DNA from: an uncultured Actinomycetes bacterium
GTDB lineage: Bacteria; Actinomycetota; Thermoleophilia; RBG-16-64-13
Direction: 5' to 3'
DNA: 64,000 bases
NCBI GenBank assembly: GCA_963706025.1
Contig: CAVPLM010000010.1
Coordinates: forward strand, 31,959 to 95,958
Shown here piece after piece: positions 42,131 to 51,613 of this stretch. Position numbers and translations under genes: made by a program. The notes beneath the pieces are model-generated. The model worked only from the letters and a program-made list of their open reading frames with translations. It was not told the origin of the DNA and made no database searches. Position 1 is the first letter of the stretch. Each line of letters opens with the position of its first letter.

Positions 42131-43255
42131 TTGACCGGAATCCCTGCCTCGGAAGGTTGGATCATCCACCTCGAAGAAGTCGATGGGCTGATCGAGCTCG
42201 GCCGCGGTCGGGGTTTTGTCACGACCGAGGATATCGCGGAAGTACTGGCCGAGATCGATCTCACCACCGAGCAGATCGAGCAGATGTACACCACTCTCCT
42301 CGATCAGGGGATAGAGGTCGTCGATGAGTCTTGTGTCGAGACCGACGAGGATCTGGAGCTTGACGCTCGGGGAGAGCAACGCGAGTGGCGCCGGGGGGCC
42401 GAAGATCTCGATCTGAGCGTGGACGTGCCGACCACCGATCCTGTGCGGATGTACCTCAAAGAGATCGGCCGGGTCAAGCTGCTCACCGCCCAGCAAGAGG
42501 TCTCTCTGGCCAAGCGCATCGAACGGGGCGATATCCGGGCAAAACATGAGCTGACCGAGGCCAACCTGCGCCTGGTGGTCTCCATCGCCAAGCGCTACCA
42601 CACCGATGGGATGAGCTTTCTCGACCTTATCCAGGAGGGCAACCTGGGTCTGATCAGGGCGGTGGAGAAGTTCGACTATCGCAAGGGTCACAAGTTCTCC
42701 ACCTATGCTACCTGGTGGATCCGACAGGCCATTACCCGGGCCATCGCCGACAAGGCCCGCACCATCCGCATCCCCGTGCACATGGTGGAGAAGATCAACA
42801 AGCTGATCCGGGTCCAGCGGCAACTGCTTCAGAACATGGGCCGGGAGCCGACTCCGGAGGAGATCGCCTCCGAGATGGGCATGAGCGATGTCGAGATCCG
42901 GGAGATCCTCCGGATCAGCCAGACCACTGTCTCCCTGGAGACGCCCATCGGAGAAGAGGAAGACTCCGAACTGGGCGATTTCATCGAGGACGAAGATGCC
43001 GTGCGCTCCTTCGACGCCGTGGCTTCGCAGCTAGACCGCGACGGGGTGAACGAGGCCCTCAACACGCTCCCCTACCGCGAGCGCAAGGTCATCGAGCTCC
43101 GGTTCGGCCTCAAGGGCGAGCACCCACGCACCCTGGAAGAAGTGGCCAGGCGCTTCGGCGTGACCCGGGAGCGCATCCGCCAGATCGAAGCTAAGGCTTT
43201 AGCTAAGCTACAGGCTATCGACAAGACCCGTAACCTGCGGAGCAAGGCGCAGTAG
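42131..43255 (+). CDS. Second RpoD/SigA-like sigma factor
   Basis: [64 protein letters not shown]. Confidence 0.92.
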   Translation: MTGIPASEGWIIHLEEVDGLIELGRGRGFVTTEDIAEVLAEIDLTTEQIEQMYTTLLDQGIEVVDESCVETDEDLELDARGEQREWRRGAEDLDLSVDVPTTDPVRMYLKEIGRVKLLTAQQEVSLAKRIERGDIRAKHELTEANLRLVVSIAKRYHTDGMSFLDLIQEGNLGLIRAVEKFDYRKGHKFSTYATWWIRQAITRAIADKARTIRIPVHMVEKINKLIRVQRQLLQNMGREPTPEEIASEMGMSDVEIREILRISQTTVSLETPIGEEEDSELGDFIEDEDAVRSFDAVASQLDRDGVNEALNTLPYRERKVIELRFGLKGEHPRTLEEVARRFGVTRERIRQIEAKALAKLQAIDKTRNLRSKAQ

Positions 43256-43308
43256 GGGTCGGGGGCGCGGCGCGACCGGACTGCCGACGCCGCATCCCTG
43301 GGATACCG

Positions 43309-46003
43309 ATGGACGCAGAAGCCAAGGTTCCGGGCGAGCCCTCGATCTCCGGCACTCCCTCGGCCTTCGACGAGTCCTCGGATTCCGACCTCAGGGGCGG
43401 CTCGGCAGCGCCGGGCGGCTCCGCACCTCCGCGCGACTCGCCGGCGCCGAGCGGCTCGCCGCCGCCGGGCGGCCTGGCGACAATCCAGATCCCCATCGGT
43501 CAGATGAGTTGCGCCGCGTGCGCGGCCCGGGTGGAGAAGGCGCTGGGAGAAGTCCCGGGTGTATCGACGGCTGCGGTCAACTTCGCCACCGAGCGGGCCC
43601 AGGTGAGCTACGACCCTGCAAAGGTCGGAGCCGGTGCTCTGGTAGACGCCGTCCGAGCGGCCGGCTATGGGGTGACCCTGGAGACGGCCACCTATCCGGT
43701 GACGGGCATGAACTGCGCCGCCTGCTCCGCGCGGGTGGAGAAGACGGTGCAGGGGCTGTCGGGCGTGACCCGGGCGGCGGTCAATCTGGCCACCGAGACT
43801 GTGACGGTGACGTACCTGCCGGGCGTGATCACCCCTGGTGAGATAGCAAAGGCCGTGGAGAAAGCGGGGTACGGGCTGATTCTGCCGGTGGAGGGGGCCG
43901 CGCCGGCGGAGCCGGGCGCGGCCGCCGAAGCCGCCCGCCGGAAGCAGGCGCGACTCATCAGGCTGAAGTTCATCGTGGCTTTGGCGGTCGGGGCCGTCCT
44001 CATGCTGATGATGCTCATCCCCGAGTCGTGGCTGAGCATGGAGCAGCAGTGGATCGTCATGTTCGTCCTTGCCACCCCGGTTCAGTTCTGGGCGGGAGGG
44101 CAGTTCTATCGGGGTGCTTGGGCTGCGCTTCGTCATCGCACCAGCGACATGAACACACTCATCGCGGTAGGCACCTCGGTGGCGTATCTCTACTCGGCCG
44201 CGGTCACCTTCTTCCCCGAGGCTTTCGAGGAGGCAGCTGGGGCCGGTGTCGAAGCCGCCGTCTACTACGATTCGGCTGTCATCATCATAGGTCTCATCCT
44301 CCTGGGACGTTACCTGGAGGCCCGGGCTAAGGGGCAGACCTCTGCAGCCATGCGCCGGCTCATCGGCCTGCAGGCGAAGACTGCCCGGGTGGTGCGTTCC
44401 GAAACGATGGAGATCGATATCCCCGTGGAGGAAGTCGTGGTGGGCGACGTGGTCGTCGTCCGTCCCGGGGAGAAGATCCCCGTGGATGGGGTGGTGACCG
44501 AGGGGCGCTCGGCCGTGGACGAGTCCATGCTCACGGGCGAATCCATCCCTGTCGAGAAGGGGCCGGGGGACGAGGTCATCGGGGCGACCCTCAACCGCAC
44601 CGGTTCGTTCCGCTTTCGCGCGACCAAGGTGGGACGCGATACCGCCCTCGCCCAGATCGTCCGCTTGGTGGAGGAAGCCCAGGGCTCCAAGGCCCCCATC
44701 CAGCGCGTGGCCGACTACATAGCCAGCATCTTCGTGCCCGTGGTGCTGGCGGTGGCGGTGGTCACCTTCTTGGTCTGGTACTTCCTGGGGCCGGAGCCGG
44801 CCTTCACTCTGGCCCTGCTGGCTTTCGTTTCCGTGGTCATCATCGCCTGTCCCTGTGCCATGGGTTTGGCTACGCCTACCGCCATCGTGGTGGGGACGGG
44901 CAAGGGGGCCGAGAACGGCATCCTTATCCGTTCGGGCGAAGCGCTCGAGCGCGCGTACAAGTTGGACGTGGTCGTCCTGGACAAGACCGGGACGCTCACC
45001 CGGGGTAAGCCCCAGGTGACCGATATCGTCATCGCCTCCGCGGCCGGTCCGACTTCCAGCTCCACTGGATGCAGACGGTCTGCTGGCCCTCGCCGCCTCG
45101 GCCGAACGTGGCTCCGAGCACCCACTGGGGGAGGCGATCGTCGAAGAAGCGCGTCTCCGGGGCCTGACGCTTCTGGAGGCCATCGAGTTCTCGGCCATCC
45201 CTGGACGGGGCGTCGAAGCGACCCTCGCCCGGCCCGCGGCCTGGCGGCCGGAGCCGGCGCAAGCTCGCGGGGAGGGCGGTCCGCCGGAGAGCATCCGGGT
45301 CCTTCTGGGTAACCGCCGCCTTCTGGACGACAGCGGCCACGATCTCGGCGCTCTCGAGGCGAAAGCCGAACAACTGGCCGAAGAAGGCAAGACCCCCATG
45401 TTCGTCGTCGTCGAAGGAGTGGTGGCGGGCATGATCGGGGTCGCCGACGTGCTCAAGCCGGATTCTCCCGCGGCGGTGCGGAACCTCGAGTCGCTCGGTC
45501 TGGAGGTCTACATGATCACCGGCGATAACCAGCGCACCGCAGAGGCCATCGGCCGTCAGGCGGGTATCCGTAACGTACTTGCGGAAGTCCTTCCGGAGCG
45601 CAAAGCGCAGGCGGTCAAAGATCTGCAGGCAGCAGGCAAAGTGGTGGCGATGGTGGGAGACGGCATCAACGATGCCCCTGCCCTTGCCCAGGCCGACATC
45701 GGCATGGCCATCGGCACGGGCACCGATGTGGCCATGGAGGCCTCGGACATCACGCTCATGCGAGGCGACCTCACCCCCATCGGGACTGCCATCCGGTTGA
45801 GCCGGGCCACCATGCGGGTCATCAAGCAGAACCTGGGCTGGGCGTTCGGCTACAACATCGCCCTGATCCCGGTGGCCGCGGGTGTTCTCTATCCGGCTTT
45901 CGGCATCTTGCTCGACCCCGTGTTCGCCGCCGTGGCCATGGCGCTCTCCTCGGTGAGCGTGCTCTCCAACTCGCTACGGCTGCGGCGCTTCCGGGCCGAG
46001 TGA
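43309..46003 (+). CDS. copA: Cu(I)-type P1B ATPase (frameshifted)
   Basis: Two CxxC HMA domains; TGE; CPC; DKTGT; GDGINDAP; YN and MALSS TM motifs. Confidence 0.93.
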
Positions 46004-46125
46004 GTGCGAAGCGACGGGCATCTCGGGAGGGGTCCAGGCGTCCGAGCGCGCTACGGCTGATCTTGGTGACCCGCTCGGTCTTGGCGGTCCGCGAAGGCTG
46101 CTGGTATCATCTTCAGCCCTGACGT

Positions 46126-46197
46126 GGGCGATTAGCTCAGGGGGAGAGCGCTGTCTTCACACGGCAGAAGTCGCTGGTTCAAATCCAGCATCGCCCA
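46126..46197 (+). tRNA. tRNA-Val(CAC)
   Basis: GGGCGATTAGCTCAGGGGGAGAGCGCTGTC-TTCACAC-GGCAG...GGTTCAAATCCAGCATCGCCCA. Confidence 0.95.
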
Positions 46198-46205
46198 CCT
46201 AAGAC

Positions 46206-46233
46206 GAGGAGCCCCGGATATCCGGGGCTCCTC
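46206..46233. terminator. Hairpin between tRNA-Val and the convergent hydrogenase operon
   Basis: GAGGAGCCCCGGA-TA-TCCGGGGCTCCTC. Confidence 0.7.
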
Positions 46234-46284
46234 CTTCGTCGTAGGGCTTGATCACGCCACCAACCGGCGTCGCGGGCCGGGACG

Positions 46285-48216
46285 CTATTCGATGAACTTG
46301 CCCCGATCCACGTAGCTTGTGTGAAGCAACTCGTGGCTCTTGTGGCCGCAAGGCCCGTCGGTGAGGAACTCCTCGTAGACCTTCAGCACCGCTGGATTCT
46401 CGAACGACTTCCGTATGTCGAGAGTCTTTTCTTCGCCGTAGATGGCTCTGGCCCGAGCGGCGCGTATCTCCTTGTTGGTGGGGATGGGTTGGCCGCCACC
46501 ACCAAGGCACCCGCCTGGGCAGGCCATGAACTCGATGAAGTGGCACTCGCTGAACTTGCCGCCGAGCTTGATGTCCTCCATGACCCTGCGGGCGTTGGCC
46601 GTGCCATGGGCCACCGCCACCTTGAGGGTAGCCCCCTTCAGCCATTCCCAGTCGGGCACCAAGTGCGCGAGTAGACCCGGCACTGGGCCGACCTCGCTGA
46701 TGGTCAGCTCTGCGTAGCGGACGCCTTCGAACCCTCGCACCGGCAGGATGTCGCCGTGCTCGTAGATGGTCTCCAGCTTCTTGCCGGTCACCAGCTCCAG
46801 CACCGTCCTCAAGGCCGCCTCCATCACGCCGCCGCTGGCGCCGAAGATGAGGCCCGAGCCGGTGGCGGTCCCGAACGGATCGTCGAACTCGGACTTGGGC
46901 ATGGTGGGGACGTCCAGCCCGGCCTGCCTGAACATCGCTCCGAGCTCGCGGGTGGTTAGGCCGAAGTCGACATCCTTGTAGCCGCTGTCGCGCATCTCCG
47001 GGCGGTTACACTCGAACTTCTTGGCCGAGCAGGGCATGAGGGCCACGCTGACGATGTTGGCCGGGTCCACACCCATCTTCTCGGCGTAGAAGGTCTTGAT
47101 CAGGGCGCCGAACATCTGTTGCGGACTCTTGGCGCTCGAGAGATTGGGGATGTACTCGGGGTAGAAGTGTTCGCAGTACTTGACCCAGCCCGGAGAGCAA
47201 CTGGTGAACTGCGGGAGGGCGACACTCGTATCTCCCTGAACCAGAGCCTTGTAGAGGCGGATGATGAGCTCCGTGCCTTCCTCGATGATCGTAAGGTCGG
47301 CGGTGAAGTTGGTATCGAACACGTGATCGAAGCCCATACGCCGGAGCGCCGTGTTCATCTGGTAGGTGACGGTGGTCCCCGGCTCCAGACCGAACATCTC
47401 GCCCATGGCCGCCCGAGGGGACGGAGCCGTCTGGATGACCACGTGCTTGGTAGGATCGTCAAGGGCTTTCCAAACCGGGGTCAGAGCGGGCTTCGCGTAG
47501 AGGGCAGCCGTGGGACAACGGTTGATGCACTGCCCGCAGTTGATGCAGACCACGTTCGCGAGGGGTTTGTGGAGGAACGTAGAGACCTCGACCTGGTTCG
47601 ACCGGTTGACGGCCTCGAGCACACCCACCTCTTGCACGTCGATGCACGTGCGTATGCAACGGCGGCAGCGGATGCACTTGTTCATGTCGCGCACGACCGA
47701 GTAGCTCGAGTCGTCGACGGGCACCGGGATCTCGGGATGGCCGAAGCGGAACTTGTCGACCCCGTACTCCTCGGCCAGAGACTGCAGCTCGCACTTGCCG
47801 TTGCGGATACAGGCGTAGCAGTCCCCGCAGTGCTCGGAAAGGAGCAGGTCGAGCACGTGACGCCGGGCGATGCGCACCGCCTTGGAGTAGGTGTTGATCT
47901 TGATGGGCGCGGTGATGGGATAGGCGCATGCGGCCTGCAGAGTCCGCTGACCCTCCACTTCGACCACGCAGATTCGGCACAAGCCCGCGACTTCGAGGTC
48001 CGGGTGGTAGCACAGAGTGGGGATGCCGACGCCTATGCTCTTGGCCGCTTCCAGTATGGTCGTGCCCAGGGGTACCTTGGTCTCCATACCGTCGATGGTG
48101 ACGGAGATGTTTGCGCCGAGCGCGTCAGGCGAGACCGACCGCTGCGACTCCGGATCCGGCTGGAAAAGCTGGCTGAGCGGGGCTCGCCGCTTGAGGAGAG
48201 GTGCTTTAGGACTCAT
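46285..48216 (-). CDS. hydA: Group A [FeFe]-hydrogenase catalytic subunit (module 2)
   Basis: 2Fe-2S, His-ligated 4Fe-4S, 2x4Fe-4S; H-cluster motifs FTSCSPGW, MPCSAKKFE, EFMACPGGCLGGGGQP. Confidence 0.95.
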   Translation of the reverse strand: MSPKAPLLKRRAPLSQLFQPDPESQRSVSPDALGANISVTIDGMETKVPLGTTILEAAKSIGVGIPTLCYHPDLEVAGLCRICVVEVEGQRTLQAACAYPITAPIKINTYSKAVRIARRHVLDLLLSEHCGDCYACIRNGKCELQSLAEEYGVDKFRFGHPEIPVPVDDSSYSVVRDMNKCIRCRRCIRTCIDVQEVGVLEAVNRSNQVEVSTFLHKPLANVVCINCGQCINRCPTAALYAKPALTPVWKALDDPTKHVVIQTAPSPRAAMGEMFGLEPGTTVTYQMNTALRRMGFDHVFDTNFTADLTIIEEGTELIIRLYKALVQGDTSVALPQFTSCSPGWVKYCEHFYPEYIPNLSSAKSPQQMFGALIKTFYAEKMGVDPANIVSVALMPCSAKKFECNRPEMRDSGYKDVDFGLTTRELGAMFRQAGLDVPTMPKSEFDDPFGTATGSGLIFGASGGVMEAALRTVLELVTGKKLETIYEHGDILPVRGFEGVRYAELTISEVGPVPGLLAHLVPDWEWLKGATLKVAVAHGTANARRVMEDIKLGGKFSECHFIEFMACPGGCLGGGGQPIPTNKEIRAARARAIYGEEKTLDIRKSFENPAVLKVYEEFLTDGPCGHKSHELLHTSYVDRGKFIE

Positions 48217-49396
48217 GGATATCGTCTCCGAAGTGCTCGAGGATAGAGAGGAACGCCACCGAGCTAGTTTGGCCGAGGCCGCATTTGGCGGCGACCTGCA
48301 TAGTGTTCGCCAGAGCCTTGAGGTCGTTCAGGTACTCGAGAGTGCAGGTGCCCGCTTGGAGCATCTCCACTCCCTCAAGTAGCTTGCCGTTGCCGAGCCG
48401 GCACGGGGTGCACTGCCCGCACGATTCGTCCACGAAGAAGTCGAGCAGATTGTGGGCTATGGCGAGCATATCCCGACCCGGGCCGAACACGACCACCGAG
48501 CCTCCCGTGGGGATGTCTTCGAACGCCAGGCGTCTTTCGAACTGCGATCTGGGCACGCAGCGTCCGGACGCACCGCCGATCAGCACGGCCTTGGCATCCT
48601 CGCCACCCACTTCTTTCAGCAGCTCTCCCACGGTGATCCCGAAGGGGAATTCGTACACTCCGGGCCGTTCGCAATCCCCGGAGACACTAAAGAGCTTGTG
48701 GCCTGTGGAGAGGTCCGTCCCGACGCTCTTGAACCAGTCCACGCCCTTGGCGAAGATGCAGGAGACCCAGGCCAGCGTCTCCACGTTGTTGACCACCGAC
48801 GGGCGGCTCAGGAAACCGGAGACCACCGGGAACGGCGGGCGGTTCCGGGGCTCGCCCCGGAAACCCTCGAGCGATTCGATGAGCGCCGTCTCCTCGCCGC
48901 AGACGTAGGCGCCCGCGCCCATCGCCACCATGATGTCGAAATCGAAGCCCTTGATCCCGCCAATATCCACCCCGAGGAGTCCGGCCTCGCGGCGAGCGTG
49001 GATGGCCTCTTCCAGGCGGGAGCGCAGGTAGCCATACTCGGCCCGTAGGTAGATGAGCCCGAGGGCGGCGTTCATGGCCCGGGCCCCGATGGTCATCCCA
49101 TCCAAGACCAGGTCGGCATACTCTGTGAGGATCAGACGGTCCTTGAAGGTCCCTGGCTCGCCTTCGTCGGCGTTACAGATGATGTACTTGCGGGGGTGCT
49201 TCTCGGCTGCGGCGAAGTTCCATTTGATACCGGTCGGGAATCCCGCCCCGCCACGCCCCTTCAGCTTGGAATCGCGCACGGTGTCGATGATCTCGACCCT
49301 CGACATCGCGAGCGCCTTGGCGAGCCCTTCCCCGGGGGGGACGCTTGCGAAGGTCAACTCGTTGGCCACCGTGGTCACCATTGAATCACTGTTCAT
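48206..49396 (-). CDS. Short NuoF/HydB-like NADH-binding subunit (module 2)
   Basis: GRGGAGF, ADEGEPGTFKDR, GAGAYVCGEE, CGQCTPC...CGLG; no extra Fe-S domains. Confidence 0.92.
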   Translation of the reverse strand: MNSDSMVTTVANELTFASVPPGEGLAKALAMSRVEIIDTVRDSKLKGRGGAGFPTGIKWNFAAAEKHPRKYIICNADEGEPGTFKDRLILTEYADLVLDGMTIGARAMNAALGLIYLRAEYGYLRSRLEEAIHARREAGLLGVDIGGIKGFDFDIMVAMGAGAYVCGEETALIESLEGFRGEPRNRPPFPVVSGFLSRPSVVNNVETLAWVSCIFAKGVDWFKSVGTDLSTGHKLFSVSGDCERPGVYEFPFGITVGELLKEVGGEDAKAVLIGGASGRCVPRSQFERRLAFEDIPTGGSVVVFGPGRDMLAIAHNLLDFFVDESCGQCTPCRLGNGKLLEGVEMLQAGTCTLEYLNDLKALANTMQVAAKCGLGQTSSVAFLSILEHFGDDIHES

Positions 49397-49914
49397 GCTG
49401 TCCGCTCCGGAGCCCGTTTTGTCGCGCGACCTTCTTTGTGGCTGCGATAGTCGTCGACGATCTCGTGCACCATCTCAGGCGTAAGCCGTGAGTAGACCGT
49501 CTCGTTGACGAGCATCGCGGGGCCCTGGTCGCACATGCCCATGCAGTTGGCCCATTCGAGGCTGAAGACCCCGTCTTCCGTAGCCTCCCCGAAACCGATG
49601 CCCAGGTCCTTCTGAAGCTGGCGGGCAACGATGTCTTTGCTCGCCAGGTCGCAGGATAGAGTGCGGCAGAGCCGGAAGACGAAGCGCCCTTCCGCCTGAG
49701 GCTGGGTATAGGCGTAGAAAGTGGCTACCGCGTACACCTCTACCGGATGGATGCCGAGCACGTCGGCGATGAGCTGCATGGCGTAGCTGTCGACGCCCCG
49801 GTACTTCTCTTTGACCTCGCGCAGGATGGGGATGAGTGAGGCGCGGTTGAAGCCTGTGAGCTGCGCGACCGCCATCACATCCTCGCGCAGCCTGTCTCGT
49901 TCGGTGATCAGCAT
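49393..49914 (-). CDS. NuoE/HydC-like 2Fe-2S subunit (module 2)
   Basis: VATFY, CRTLSC, CMGMC. Confidence 0.92.
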   Translation of the reverse strand: MLITERDRLREDVMAVAQLTGFNRASLIPILREVKEKYRGVDSYAMQLIADVLGIHPVEVYAVATFYAYTQPQAEGRFVFRLCRTLSCDLASKDIVARQLQKDLGIGFGEATEDGVFSLEWANCMGMCDQGPAMLVNETVYSRLTPEMVHEIVDDYRSHKEGRATKRAPERTA

Positions 49915-50297
49915 GAGGCCCCTTCCCGTCCCGCGAGCAGCGCCCTCACCTTCTCCACCAGGGCGGCGGGGTCGACCGGCTTCTCCACGAACTCATCGAC
50001 GGGCACGATCTCTTCGTCCTTGTCGATATTCAGTCCCATGGCCCGGTTGACGCTCGTCAACATGAGTATGGGCAGCTTGTGGCCCCTGCGCCTCACTTGA
50101 CGGGCAAAGAGAAGGCCGTCGTCGGATTCCTCCATCATGACATCGAGGATCAGAAGGTCCGGATCGCTCTCCTCGAGCACCTTCAAGCCGTCGACGATGT
50201 TCGACGCGCTTTCGACCGTGTGGCCCTCTCTCTCCAGCACGATCCGACCCGCTTCGACCATATCCGGGTCGTCATCCACAATCAAGATCTTTGGCAC
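49908..50297 (-). CDS. Stand-alone response-regulator receiver
   Basis: ILIVDDD, DLLILDVMM, LTS, KP. Confidence 0.9.
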   Translation of the reverse strand: MPKILIVDDDPDMVEAGRIVLEREGHTVESASNIVDGLKVLEESDPDLLILDVMMEESDDGLLFARQVRRRGHKLPILMLTSVNRAMGLNIDKDEEIVPVDEFVEKPVDPAALVEKVRALLAGREGASC

Positions 50298-50380
50298 AAC
50301 AGCTCTCCCTCACTCGATCAGCACGTTCGCGTAGCACAACCGGCGCCGTTCATCCCCGGTGCCACTGCATGAGGTGAATA

Positions 50381-51607
50381 CTAACTCAGCTGGGGTTCGG
50401 CGGGTAGTGGAGCCGACGTCGCAGCCGAGCCGGTCGCGGCGACGCCGGGCCCAGCGGTGTCACGCGGAGCGGCGTCACCCGTCACCGCGTCGCGCAGCGT
50501 GACCGTGAAGATGCTGCCGGCGCCCTTCTCGCTCTTCACGGTGGCGTCGCCGCCGTAGAGTTGGGCCAGCTTGCGCACCGTGGAGAGCCCCAGACCGCTA
50601 CCCAAGATCTTGATCGTGTCCTCGTTCTTGATGCGCACGAACTCGGTGAAGAGCTTGGCGCTCTCCTCGGGGGTCATGCCGATCCCGGTGTCGGCCACAG
50701 TAATGCGGACCGTGTCGCCCTCACGGACGAGAGCCACGGTCACGCTGCCTCCGTCGCGGTTGTACTTGACCGCGTTGGAGACGAGATTGTTGAGGACTAT
50801 CTCGAGCTCGTCGGGGTCGGCGATCATCTCCACGGGATCCGGCGCGCGCAGAGTGATGGTGATGCTCCGTTCGGCAGCTTCGGTCGCAAAGAGGTCGATG
50901 GCCGCTTTGGCGGGGGTGCGAACGTCAACTTCAGCGAAGCTGCGCTGCTTCTGCCCCGATTCGATGCGAGTCAGGTCGAGCAGGTCGAAGATGAGCTTGC
51001 GCATCCCGTCGAGCCGGATCAGGCTGCGGTCGATCATCGGCAGGGGCTCAGGGGGCTCGTCCATCTGCAGGATCTTGAGGTAGCCCTCGATGGCGTTGAG
51101 GGGAGCCTTCAATTCGTGTGCCAGCACGGAGATGAAATTGAAGCGCACCTGACGCTTCTCCTCGGCCAACCTACGGGCCTCCCGGCTGATGATCAGTTGA
51201 TCGGTGGCCTTGCGGACCGCATACCTCAGTTCTTCCGGAGAGAACGGTTTGGGCAAGAAATCGAAGGCCCCCAGCTTCGTGGCCTGGACCGCGGTCTCGA
51301 AAGTGGCGTAGGCCGTGATCATGATGGTGAGGATGCTGCGGTTCCGTAGACCGAGCTCGGTCAAGACATCCAGGCCGCTCATGCCGGGGAGCTTCAGATC
51401 GAGGAGCAGCAGATCGTACCCGGCTCCTGCGGCGATACTCTCGAGAAACTGCTCGCCGCTCGTGAAATGGATGGAGTCGTAGGTGACCGCGACGCCCACT
51501 TCGGCGACGTCCGCCTGGTACTTGGCCAGGATGCGGCGGACGGCGAGGCAGAGGGGCTCTTCGTCGTCCACCATGGCGACTCTGAGTACCTGTGTCTGCT
51601 CTCCCAC
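50381..51607 (-). CDS. Hybrid REC-histidine kinase
   Basis: VDDEE...LLDLKLP REC; HELKAPL H-box; NAVKY, DTGIG, GSGLGL. Confidence 0.92.
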   Translation of the reverse strand: MGEQTQVLRVAMVDDEEPLCLAVRRILAKYQADVAEVGVAVTYDSIHFTSGEQFLESIAAGAGYDLLLLDLKLPGMSGLDVLTELGLRNRSILTIMITAYATFETAVQATKLGAFDFLPKPFSPEELRYAVRKATDQLIISREARRLAEEKRQVRFNFISVLAHELKAPLNAIEGYLKILQMDEPPEPLPMIDRSLIRLDGMRKLIFDLLDLTRIESGQKQRSFAEVDVRTPAKAAIDLFATEAAERSITITLRAPDPVEMIADPDELEIVLNNLVSNAVKYNRDGGSVTVALVREGDTVRITVADTGIGMTPEESAKLFTEFVRIKNEDTIKILGSGLGLSTVRKLAQLYGGDATVKSEKGAGSIFTVTLRDAVTGDAAPRDTAGPGVAATGSAATSAPLPAEPQLS

Positions 51608-51613
51608 TGGCGG

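Noticed and set aside
9484-46003. Frameshifts in pncB, serS, pheA, fhaA/B, rodA, pbpA, glyQS, rpoD, gatCAB and copA read as pseudogenisation or programmed frameshifting
   Set aside because: They hit essential genes, look like single-base indels with intact motifs on both sides and show no evident shared slippery site. Long-read consensus error is far more likely; polishing or read mapping would confirm.
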